DNA of 64,000 nt from Candidatus Pelearchaeum maunauluense. Its GTDB lineage: Archaea > Thermoproteota > Nitrososphaeria_A > Caldarchaeales > Caldarchaeaceae. This document shows, one piece after another, positions 43,025 through 51,894 of this stretch. A model generated the notes under the pieces. That model did no database searches, had not been told where the DNA came from, and saw nothing but the letters and a program-made list of their open reading frames with translations. The translations under genes and the position numbers were made by a program. Position 1 is the first letter of the stretch, and every line of letters begins with the position of its first letter. The stretch spans positions 32,001 through 96,000 of the forward strand of contig JANVYQ010000002.1 in assembly GCA_030059675.1 (NCBI GenBank). The letters run 5' to 3'.

Positions 43025-43659
43025 ATGAGGAAATACGAGCTCCCACAGCTACCGTATTCCTACGAGGCGCTGGAGCCTTATATATCCCGCGAAATAATGA
43101 CGTTGCACCATAGCAAGCATCATCGGGCCTACGTAGACGGCGCTAATGCTGCCTTAGAGCGCCTAGAAAAGCAGCGCAGAGGAGAAAGTCAGGAGAACGT
43201 AAGAGCGATTTTGAGGGACCTTAGCTTTAATCTATCAGGCCATAAGCTGCATAGTGTATTTTGGTGTAACATGGCGCCGCAGGGCAAAGGAGGAAAACCA
43301 GGAGGAGCAATAGCAGACCAAATAAACAAAGACTTCGGCAGCTTCGAAGCATTCAAGAAACAATTCAGCGACGCAGCAAAAAACGTAGAAGCAGTAGGAT
43401 GGGCAATACTAACATACGACCAAGAATCAGACACCCTACTAATCTACCAAGTAGAAAAACAAAACTTCATGCACCCACCACACCTACCACTACTACTAAC
43501 ACTAGACGTATGGGAGCATACGAGGCTGGGCGTATTGCCCCCTCGGCTCAGGCCTACTACCTCCAGTACAAGAACGACAGAGCAAGCTACGTGGAGCAGT
43601 GGTGGAACGTGGTTAACTGGGACGATGTCGACAAACGATTCTCTAAGGCCAAAGTTTAA
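43025..43659 (+). CDS. sod: Fe/Mn superoxide dismutase, spliced model join(43025..43519,43552..43659), 200 aa
   Basis: [32 protein letters not shown] then [20 protein letters not shown] in a different frame after a 32-nt insert. Confidence 0.93.
43520..43551 (+). other. Candidate bulge-helix-bulge mRNA intron (32 nt) in sod
   Basis: GAGC/GCUC 4-bp helix flanked by 3-nt bulges AUA and AGG; cutting after the second bulge nucleotide gives CAU|GCC (His-Ala). Confidence 0.88.
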
Positions 43660-43715
43660 CTAAGTTTTCCACATAATATTTTATATCCCAAAATTATTTT
43701 GTTTTTTATAAAATA

Positions 43716-45250
43716 TAGGGAGGGGAGTGGTCGGGTATAGTAGTCTATCTGCTCAATTTATCGCTGTCTATGTGGACAATATCCATAGAATCCTTTCGCT
43801 AGGTTGCAGTTAAAGCATAGAACTTGGAATTCCTCAGGAAAGTTGTTTTTAACTATCCATTTATAAAAGTGTATTCCCCAGCCTACTTGCTTGAAATGTC
43901 GTAAACCTCCTCCGTTTACGTGGTCTATTGATAGGAATTCAAGTCTAGTCTCGCCACAACAACTACAACGTGGGACTCCCCTGCTATAATACCTGAGTAT
44001 TTCCTTTCTTTCCTCAGCTAGTCTGATAGCCACTATAGACTTATGAGGGCATTATTCCATAAAGTGCTATTGCTTTATTGCAGTTGTAGCAGAGAACTCT
44101 AAAGCCTTCAGGGAAATTGTTCTTGATGATCCAGCAATAAAACTCTGTCCCTCCCCTAATCCTATAGCGACGCTTCTGTAAACTGCCATCCTGACGTATA
44201 TGGTCAATCGAAAGGAACTCTATTCTATCCTCGCCACAACATGTAGATTTGCCACCGTAGCGTTGTATCACTAAGGATTTAATCCGTCTTCTTCGCCGTC
44301 TCTCTCTTTCTCTGCGAATTTCGCGAAGTCTATCCCGACGTCGCCAATATGATTCACACCATATCTTGCGTACTCGCTCTTTGTTTCTTTCGAAATAGCG
44401 AATCCAACGACGATGTTGTTTTATTTTCGCATCATCTAACTTAGAGGAACTACTGCTCAATGCCTCCACCTCCCTACGCCCCTAGCACCAGCTCTACGGG
44501 AGCGCCTGCTCCTAAAAATCGTAGAGCTAAGCGCCTTTGTTCTACCGCCATCCAGGGCTTGATGGCGGTCCCGCATAGGCAGGGCCTTCATACTCCCCCT
44601 TGGTAACATATTGGGGGGCGGCCCGCTTGGCCGCGAGCCCCTGCCGTGCAGAACCGCCATCAGGTCGGCGACGCTAACTGTATTCAGAAGCACTCGCCGG
44701 AACTAGCTGGCAGATGACACTCGGCAGAAGGATAGCAGTATTTCCATCACCTGTCCAGGTTCTCCTCCCGTGTCTTCTCCAGGATACCCTCTACGCTGCC
44801 CCGTTCACCGCGTGCTCCAGGCATAGTTAAGCCCTTCACCGCACGCTCCAGGAAACAGTGTAGAAGTATCCGTTCACCGAAGACATGGGAGGATATCGGC
44901 CGTCATCTAGGTTCTGCATGCGGAGTATTGGCTCCGGGCCGGAACAGCCCTAGAAGCACCCTTCACTACTTGGCTCCTGGAGTCTAGCTAAACCTCCTTT
45001 CACCACCAAGCTCCAGGCAACCCCTAGAGCTGACCAACCCTTCACCACCAATACACCCACATGCAGCTCACCCATCAGGCCGACCTCCGTGAGGCTCAGG
45101 CTAAAACTCCCTTGAACATCAGGCGGAAGCCTAAGCCCCCGAGGCTCGGCACCATAACCCGACCACCCTCCGCCCGGACTCAAATAACTATCCGGGCGTC
45201 ACCCTATTTCAGGTGAGGACAGGAAAGAGAGAGGCTGGGCCGGTCGGGCT
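43716..45250 (-). ncRNA. Candidate large structured RNA with multiple K-turn/K-loop motifs, enclosing the HNH ORF in its 3' terminal stem
   Basis: Many long GC stems whose mismatches become G-U pairs on the minus strand; repeated CCUGGAG-N-GGUGAAGG motifs; 44464-44476 pairs with 43716-43727. Confidence 0.65.
43758..44460 (-). CDS. Tandem (double) HNH endonuclease-like ORF split by a 1-nt frameshift near 44052
   Basis: Two copies of CCGE..EFLSIDH..GG..FY.WI.KNNFP..F.VLC.NCN.A...YG.CPH; removing one base joins them as CPHKSIVAIRLAEE. Confidence 0.8.
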
Positions 45251-45256
45251 ACTTAA

Positions 45257-45613
45257 CTAAACATAATATTCTATTGCTCTAACTGGTTCTAGCTTTCTTG
45301 TTATCGGATTTACTCTCAGCCCTAGAGTCTCTAACGTTGTTACGCCTATCAATGGTTTTTCGTTTTCGTCCGAGAAAGTTACTAGAACTGGTCTCCTGGT
45401 GTTGTTTATCTCTATATCCGCTAGGCCTGCGCCTCTGCTTATAACTCTTCCATCAGCAAGCTCAACCTCAACCTCGTACCTCTTCTCTATCCCAACGAGC
45501 TCGGTGACTTCCTTAGGAACCTTAGTAAAGGTCGCACCAGTATCGGCTACACCATCAAGCTCGTAAGAACACTTAGGCCCGTGTATTCTGAAGCGGACAA
45601 GCACCTCTCCCAT
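45257..45613 (-). CDS. Clan AA aspartyl protease-like protein
   Basis: ADTGAT, LADGR, PLIGVTTLETLGLRVNP. Confidence 0.88.
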   Translation of the reverse strand: MGEVLVRFRIHGPKCSYELDGVADTGATFTKVPKEVTELVGIEKRYEVEVELADGRVISRGAGLADIEINNTRRPVLVTFSDENEKPLIGVTTLETLGLRVNPITRKLEPVRAIEYYV

Positions 45614-45636
45614 GCTACCTCTCACCTATATTTTCT

Positions 45637-45987
45637 TTACATAAGAATCTCTTTAGCTTGTCTATGAAGGCCTGAACTATTTCTGTCCCTCTCCTAACGA
45701 AGTCATCGCTAAGCCAGCCTTCATAGGAGTTCGTAGAGGCTGTTAGCTACGTGAAATGCGTCTACAAGCCCTTGCTCTGGATTCTCCCTATCAAGCTGTG
45801 AGACAAATTGGAATAGGCTTGCGTGAGTCCCCAGCGATATGCCCTTAGACGCGGCGACAGCCTTAACTGCTTCAACAACGGCTAACCAAAGCTTCCCCGA
45901 CGCCTGCGCATAATCTCCATTCCTCAACATCTCCTCAGCCTCCCTGAGGAGCTTGCCGCTAAGCTTAAGACGTTCATTAACGCTCAA
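45637..45987 (-). pseudogene. PaREP1 family protein, frameshifted near 45735
   Basis: GDYAQASGKLWLA; C-terminus (YEGWLSDDFV) lies in another frame. Confidence 0.75.
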
Positions 45988-46029
45988 AGACCTTCCGAAA
46001 TCAATTTACTTAGCAACCCCTATATACAC

Positions 46030-46440
46030 ATGACGCCAGCCAAAGGCGATACGCCCACTCTTTGCATCATGCGGAGAAGAGGCAGGCCATTGATTACTGC
46101 TGTGTTAACAATAAAGCCGGGCGGAAGGCGCAGTATGCTGTAGGTCATCTAGACCCCCTCCTCAACTCCCATCACCCAGACATAGGGTCTTTTGTTTTGT
46201 CTGGGTGGGCCGGCCACTCTACCCCTCCCAGCCACCCACCCCCAGCATGGATGGCTTCTAGGGGCTATGGGCAGGCCGGACCAGCCCGCCAGGCCCATTA
46301 AGGCACGCCAATTAGGCGCCTGGGGCGGCTCTTATGAATCATCCCCGAAGAAGCCCCACCCCCTCCGTCGCCGGAGAAGGCCACGCTCAGGACCCAAGCG
46401 TGTTTAAAGGGGCTCTTAATCGGGGACTCATGGTCCCAAA
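46030..46440 (-). ncRNA. Candidate structured RNA segment
   Basis: Nested stems UCCCCGA/UCGGGGA, GAGCCCC/GGGGCUU, CCUUCUCCG-GCGA-CGGAGGGGG (GNRA loop), CACCCAGACA/UGUCUGGGUG; no credible ORF. Confidence 0.55.
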
Positions 46441-46454
46441 TGGCTCACAGACAA

Positions 46455-46610
46455 ACCTGCTTATCCAAGTAACTTGAGAAGAAACCTGACCAGAAACTTG
46501 AGAACTAACTTGAGCAGAAACCTGAAACCAGCTGAGAAGGCTGTTTAAGCAGTAAAGGTACTGGTCAAGTTTTTACTCAAGTTTCTACTCAAGTTACTTT
46601 TATAAACCAG
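46455..46610. repeat. Two oppositely oriented arrays of 12-bp units (AACTTGAG core), each ending at a TATA-like box
   Basis: Five units 46469-46528; three reverse units 46562-46597 followed by TTTTATAAACC. Confidence 0.8.
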
Positions 46611-46935
46611 TTCTCCATACGAGCCGGACACGAGTTGGTTCTTAGGCTAAATCATATAGTTTTCATGAGTGATGTTATCTTGCTTAGTAAAGAAAATATA
46701 TAGACCGCACAAAGCTTATCAGCTGATAATTTTCCTCCTTATATTAATCCTGCCCTTAAGCTATTACGCGCTTAATCTAAATGTTGTGGTCTGAGATTAG
46801 GCTAGGGTTATTATGGAAGGGCTGTCTTCTATGACGTGTAGAGCTCAATTTCGCCCCCTAAACCGAGGCAGACAATACGGTGAGCGAAGCTTATAAGACC
46901 TATAGAAATCGGATTAAGGGCGAAGAGCGATATTA

Positions 46936-47148
46936 TTATATTGTTCCGGCAGTTATTTCCGCTAACTGTTTTAGTATTCCCCTCTTCTTTGCATTCCACA
47001 CTTCTATTCCCATAACCATACCTCTATCGTCCCTCTCAACTATTATCCCATCCTCTAACTCTTCAACCGACTCAGAAGGCCCGTCCCTCAAGTGAATGTA
47101 TAGAATATCATTCTCATGATCGTAGCTAAATCTCAAGCCCTCACCCAA
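46936..47148 (-). CDS. DUF2283 family protein (putative antitoxin)
   Basis: YDHENDILYI...GIIVERD..G.VMGIEVWNA. Confidence 0.85.
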   Translation of the reverse strand: MGEGLRFSYDHENDILYIHLRDGPSESVEELEDGIIVERDDRGMVMGIEVWNAKKRGILKQLAEITAGTI

Positions 47149-47411
47149 ACACCCCTATCCACCTTTCTTCTTATAAGCTTATCTACGCTCGACGAGTAAT
47201 AAACTGTCACAATTCTCACCATATCATCCCTTCTAGTAAAGACTATTACCAACATTCTCTGCCCTATAATCCCTATAGCTACCAATGTATCAGATTCAAC
47301 GTCGCGGAATAGCATGTTAGGCCTACTAATAATTTGCAAGACGTCATTCATATCAACTCTTCTTACCCGTATCTTCTCCTCAGCATGCCTAGTTAGCTCA
47401 ATCCTAACCAA
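47133..47411 (-). CDS. DUF4258/RelE-like protein (putative toxin)
   Basis: LTRHAEEKIRVR...LVIVF..IVTVY; overlaps the DUF2283 gene. Confidence 0.8.
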   Translation of the reverse strand: MVRIELTRHAEEKIRVRRVDMNDVLQIISRPNMLFRDVESDTLVAIGIIGQRMLVIVFTRRDDMVRIVTVYYSSSVDKLIRRKVDRGVWVRA

Positions 47412-47567
47412 GCTATTAAAACAAACTTTGCCGATTAATTAAACATGCGAAGGATACTAAATTAATACCCTAGTCCTTGATTTTTAGAGTAAATAAGAGA
47501 CCTGGGTTATAAGCAAATACACCACATACGGATTAAGAGCTAACTATTAATAATTGCGTTATTCTCC

Positions 47568-47629
47568 GGCTCAAGTATCTATTCAAGTTTCTTCTCAAGT
47601 TTTTGGTCAAGTTATTTTTATAAGCAGGT
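47568..47629. repeat. Third 12-bp-period array (four TCAAGT units) followed by TTTTATAAGCAGGT
   Basis: Units at 47568, 47580, 47592 and 47604; inverted relative to 46455-46528. Confidence 0.8.
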
Positions 47630-47878
47630 ATTTTGTGTCTGTTTCTTTATATTTTTCAATGCATAGGTCTTTTAGGGGGGTACATATTAGGTAGACCATA
47701 GGCTACTTGTAGTTGTTAGCAACGTGAGAATCGTGTGAGCGAGCTTTTTATCCTTATTTAATTAATTTCCTTTAAGGGGTAAGGGGATGGGGTTTGATTG
47801 TTCTTTTTGGGTATCGAAGGCGAGAGAGTCGGGATATCCTGTGTGAGGAGGATCTTGTGTTGATTATTTGAAGGAGAG

Positions 47879-48202
47879 TTGTGTGTAAAGAAACCTTCAG
47901 AGGCAAAGGAGGAAATCGTCTATACGCCTGCACCACAGCCTACCGAAAAAGCTGTGAAGGAAAAGAAAGAAGAAAAAACTGCTTTTGAAGAATACACAAG
48001 AATATATCTTAAATTAAATGTTCCCATAGGGCAAATATCTACTATTGCCAAAATTGTAAACTACTTGAATGGCTTGTTCAAAGAATGTAAAGTGAGAATT
48101 GAGATAACTGCGCAAAACGGAAAAATTAGGGCTACTGATTACGAAAACAAAATAGAAGAAGCTCTAAGACAGGCGGGGGTTGATGTTGAAAGTAAAGAAT
48201 GA
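47879..48202 (+). pseudogene. C-terminal remnant resembling DUF499-type ATPase proteins
   Basis: VPIGQISTI...YENKIEEALRQAG terminus; no N-terminal part. Confidence 0.45.
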
Positions 48203-49431
48203 AATTGCCGCTTGCCTAACAGCAGTTGTCCGAAATTGCAGGCGACAAGCTTGTAAATGTCAAAAAGGATTTAATACGAGAAGGATATTGTCCTAAACGT
48301 GATGGGAGGCTATAAAAATGAAGGTAGTTTCATTTACTTTTTGTAGGTTCGCTTGTATATTTGCTGTATAACAAGACAATTTTAGGAAAGAATTTTACTC
48401 TATTTCCATTTAGGAAAATAATTCGTAAAAAATACTTAGAACAAATTAATAGACGATGAATGGAGAGAATAATACGAGCACGTCGCACAACAAGCGGGTA
48501 TCTGCCTTTGCTCACTTCGTTCGTTCCAAATTTGCAAGCTTTAATCAATTCTCGTGTTAGGTATATGCGTTCAGAAGACTTAAAAGCCTAATAGTCAGAT
48601 TAATACTAAAGTTAAAGCTGAGATGGTAAAATGATCAAAGTTATCAGAAAAGGTAGAGTTTTAGAGAAAGTGCTTGCAAGAACGCCAAAAGAAGCAGCCT
48701 CCAAAATCTTAGGGATTAACCCAGCTAAGCTGAAGCTCATCAAGAAAACTGAGAGGGATGACTATGTTTTGGATTCGAAGGGGAAAAATTGAAGTTTGGG
48801 AAGTTTTGCCTGCTGTGTGGGATTATGATATTGGACCAATAGCTCGATCCGTTTGACTAGAGATACCAGACCCAGAGACTAGGTCGAACCCCAAAAACCC
48901 GATCGCGTTCGTAGTTGGTGTCGTGGGTGCTCTGCTAAGAAGTATTCGGTTCCCTCCGTTTAGATTTCCTTAACAAGCTAACTACTTTACGAACTTGCTG
49001 AGGAGGATAAATGCAGACTCCAGCTTTCGATTTTGTCTGAGCATCGACCGCAGTAGGGGTGCGGGTGGAGCTGTATGCACATGGTTTGATCTTATAAGGC
49101 AATTCTTGATCACGCAATTCCGAAGAAATCGAGAAAAAATCGTGAACATAATTGCAAGTAGAATCGATGATACGGCAAAAGGAGAGCTTAGCAAGAAGCA
49201 CGAATATTCAAGGGCAAAGAACGATAAGAGAAGTGGAGGTTGTATTGAAAGATGAGATAATAGATAAGAAAGAGTATCAGGAAGACATGAGACTGAGAAG
49301 CTTAGCCCTTAATTTAAACATGGAGAAAGAGTAAAAGCCAGCGATCTTGCAGATGTTGTTCTTAAAATCATCAAGGACCCATTGAGCGATTGAACGGTGT
49401 TGTTACTGATATTGCGAGAAAGCTTGGTTAT

Positions 49432-49611
49432 ACACCTTCCACTACTACTAACACTAGACGTATGGGAGCATACGAGGCTGGGCGTATTGCCCCCTCGGCT
49501 CAGGCCTACTACCTCCAGTACAAGAACGACAGAGCAAGCTACGTTGACACTTGGTGGGTACTGGTCAACTGGGACGATGTCGACAAGCGCTTCTCCAAGG
49601 CTAAAGCCTAA
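49432..49611 (+). pseudogene. sod: Duplicated sod 3' fragment with an identical BHB intron (49472-49503)
   Basis: [13 protein letters not shown]-[32 nt][35 protein letters not shown]; no 5' part. Confidence 0.9.
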
Positions 49612-49684
49612 TTAAGTTCCCCGCACATATATTATATCCCAAATTTTATTTTTTTAAAATATAGGAAGAAGTCTTCTCACAAAT

Positions 49685-50578
49685 CTAGACAATTCCTAAT
49701 CTTTTTTCGAAGTCTTTCGCTTTCTGTTTTACTTCATAAAACTCTGTAACATCTTGCCATGATAATATGCGAAATACATGCTTTAACTCGTGAAAAGATC
49801 CTTCAATCCAACGTTTCGCTTCCTCGATTTGGTCGTTGGTAGTTACTAAAACTGGGATACTATTCCATAAATCAAATGCATGTTTTAACTTGCTCAAAGC
49901 TTCAAATATGTTTCCGCCTATTTGAACTTCAAATGCTACGCTCGGCATACTTTTCGGTGTTCTCCTCCAGATAACGTCTATTCTCTTGTTCTCTATAGTA
50001 TACTCCGTCGCAGGAAAGCGATTCTGTATTTCCCCTATTTGGTATACGATTTTCTTTATTAAATCATGATCAGGTTTTTGAACTACTATCCTTTCATTTT
50101 TAGCACGCAATATGTCAATAGTTTTCTTAACAGCATTATACTGTCCTTGGATGTTTTCATCAACAAGTATTATAGACCATCTGTCAAACTTTTGACGGAA
50201 GATCTTGATTCCTAATGAGGCTAGTTCATCTTTGCGGATGGGTTCTATGTAGTCAAGCTTTTCTCGCTGGAATTTATCTATCGGAAAAACTGGAGCTAAT
50301 TTTATTTGCCACGGATAGCCTGTTGGATTTAATTTCCAGTATCTCACCGGTTCCCTGGATTCTCTCTTCTCTAATAGGGTGCATAATATCCATATTCCTT
50401 TAACGCCTCTGTATTCCCCATAAAGCAAGATATCATCGCCAGCCTCTAACTTCATCCATTTACGTTTATTATTACCAGACCTATCATCAGGAAATCCCCA
50501 TAAACCTTCGGAGAATAAAGACTCAGCATGCGCATGGCTAAAACTCAAAATGTTAACAATGGCTGTTTGCTTATTCAA
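49685..50578 (-). CDS. EVE/PUA-like domain plus PD-(D/E)XK-like nuclease
   Basis: LWGF..KWMKLEAGDDILLY..YPWQI N-terminus; RIDVIW..AFEVQ..ALSKL C-terminus. Confidence 0.65.
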   Translation of the reverse strand: MNKQTAIVNILSFSHAHAESLFSEGLWGFPDDRSGNNKRKWMKLEAGDDILLYGEYRGVKGIWILCTLLEKRESREPVRYWKLNPTGYPWQIKLAPVFPIDKFQREKLDYIEPIRKDELASLGIKIFRQKFDRWSIILVDENIQGQYNAVKKTIDILRAKNERIVVQKPDHDLIKKIVYQIGEIQNRFPATEYTIENKRIDVIWRRTPKSMPSVAFEVQIGGNIFEALSKLKHAFDLWNSIPVLVTTNDQIEEAKRWIEGSFHELKHVFRILSWQDVTEFYEVKQKAKDFEKRLGIV

Positions 50579-51169
50579 CTAACTTCCCCCACGACGGCAT
50601 TGACTTAAATGGTTTATTTATTTTGTTGCATAAGGATCTTAAAAGAACTTTGGATATCTTAAAAAGGCTAATGCAATGGATTACATGGTATTCTTACTTC
50701 TCAGTATGAATTTATCCGATTTGGGCTACGAAAATTGACCCTACTCTGATTGGAATAGAATCATTATTTCTTTAATGTCTTTTAGCACGATTATCGTTAT
50801 TCCTATTAGTTCCATTTATCTGATTCTTAGGATTTACTCCTTCCTGGGACTCTGCGGTATCCTCCGCCTCTCTTGGTTCGCCGAACGAGATATAGAGGAC
50901 ATAGTTTTAACAAGGTAACCTATGTTAGGTTTATCTAGACTAATAACCATGCCCTTCAAAACTATTCTATAGTGTCTTCTACTCTTCGCGGATCTATTCT
51001 TTCTATACCTAAATCATCATAGGTTTTGTTTGTACTTATTATCTTTAGGTTTCGGCTTTTAGCTACTGATGCATGGAATGAGACGAAAACACCATAGCCC
51101 TTAGCTATTAAGGAGAGAGCCTCGTAAGCCTCTTCTGAAGTTGGCTGTAGTATATATATAGATTCTTTA

Positions 51170-51508
51170 ATGTTTTCATTATTTCTTCTACTTTTTCGGG
51201 GCCTATGTCTCTTTTTATGACTATTGCAAGTTCTAAGACGACAATTATGGAGGTCTTGACAGTTATTTTCCCAGTTTTTATCAGCCCTACTACCCTATCT
51301 GCCGCTTCATGCAGCCAGTCCGAGGGATTAAGATAAGCATATCAGCGTCTATGAAGTAATCCAACCCTTAGCCTCCATATATGCAATCATCTCGGCCTTC
51401 CTGTGGAAATCTCTAGTAAGCTCGCTGAGCCCAAGCTCATAAATTAAACTAGCCTTATCCTCTGGAATAGACTCAGGGACCTTCACCGTTATAGTAGTCT
51501 TCTTCATA
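51170..51508 (-). pseudogene. Degraded antitoxin/PIN toxin pair
   Basis: MKKTTITVKVPES small ORF followed by a frameshifted YFIDAD..DWLHE PIN-like start. Confidence 0.45.
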
Positions 51509-51642
51509 ACTAGCCTAACTAAAATTAGGCTAAGACATTTAAATATGTTGCTGCCTATCAGCCTTATCTATAGAACATCGTAAACTGGACGACGTTGACA
51601 ACGATTCGCTAAAGCTTATATCTAATAACTTACATCACCTTT

Positions 51643-51894
51643 TTGATGGCCGAAGGTTCTGCGGAAGAGCTGCTTGAGAGAATAACCGTTGATCCTGATA
51701 TATTGGCTGGGAAGCCAGTTATTAAGGGCACTAGGATATCAGTTGAGCTGATCCTAGAGTTACTTGCTAACGGCTGGTCTTTTGAACAAATCCTAGAGAA
51801 TTATCCACAGCTAAGCATGCAGGACATTCGGGCCGCAATAAGGTATGCTGCTGAAGTATTAAAGGGCGAGAGGGTGTACCAAATCCCTGAGTAG
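51643..51894 (+). CDS. DUF433 family antitoxin
   Basis: RITVDPDILAGKPVIKGTRISV, YPQLS..DIRAAIRYA. Confidence 0.92.
   Translation: MMAEGSAEELLERITVDPDILAGKPVIKGTRISVELILELLANGWSFEQILENYPQLSMQDIRAAIRYAAEVLKGERVYQIPE

Larger units (their letters stand above)
43487..49544. mobile_element. Putative integrated element bounded by direct repeats of the sod 3' end; no integrase recognised
   Basis: 106-bp identical repeat 43487-43592 = 49439-49544, with diverged similarity continuing through the stop codon and terminator. Confidence 0.65.

Noticed and set aside
43025-43663. sod as a simple frameshifted pseudogene, or the 212-aa ORF as the real product
   Set aside because: The 32-nt insert forms a canonical BHB whose predicted cuts restore the conserved motif exactly, and it is present in both copies.
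44462-45250. Identity as RNase P RNA, SRP RNA, or a group I/II intron
   Set aside because: I found no GAGGAA-type CR-I, no SRP helix-8 motif, no convincing group II domain V and no group I P7 core; ACAAAGGCGCUUA only loosely resembles CR-V and pairs locally.
44457-46407. Short ORFs at 44457-44693, 44950-45183, 46062-46301 and 46192-46407
   Set aside because: They are low-complexity G/P/R-rich translations of GC-rich structured sequence with no recognisable motifs.
46455-47629. CRISPR array
   Set aside because: The units are 12 bp and contiguous with no unique spacers, and no cas genes are present.
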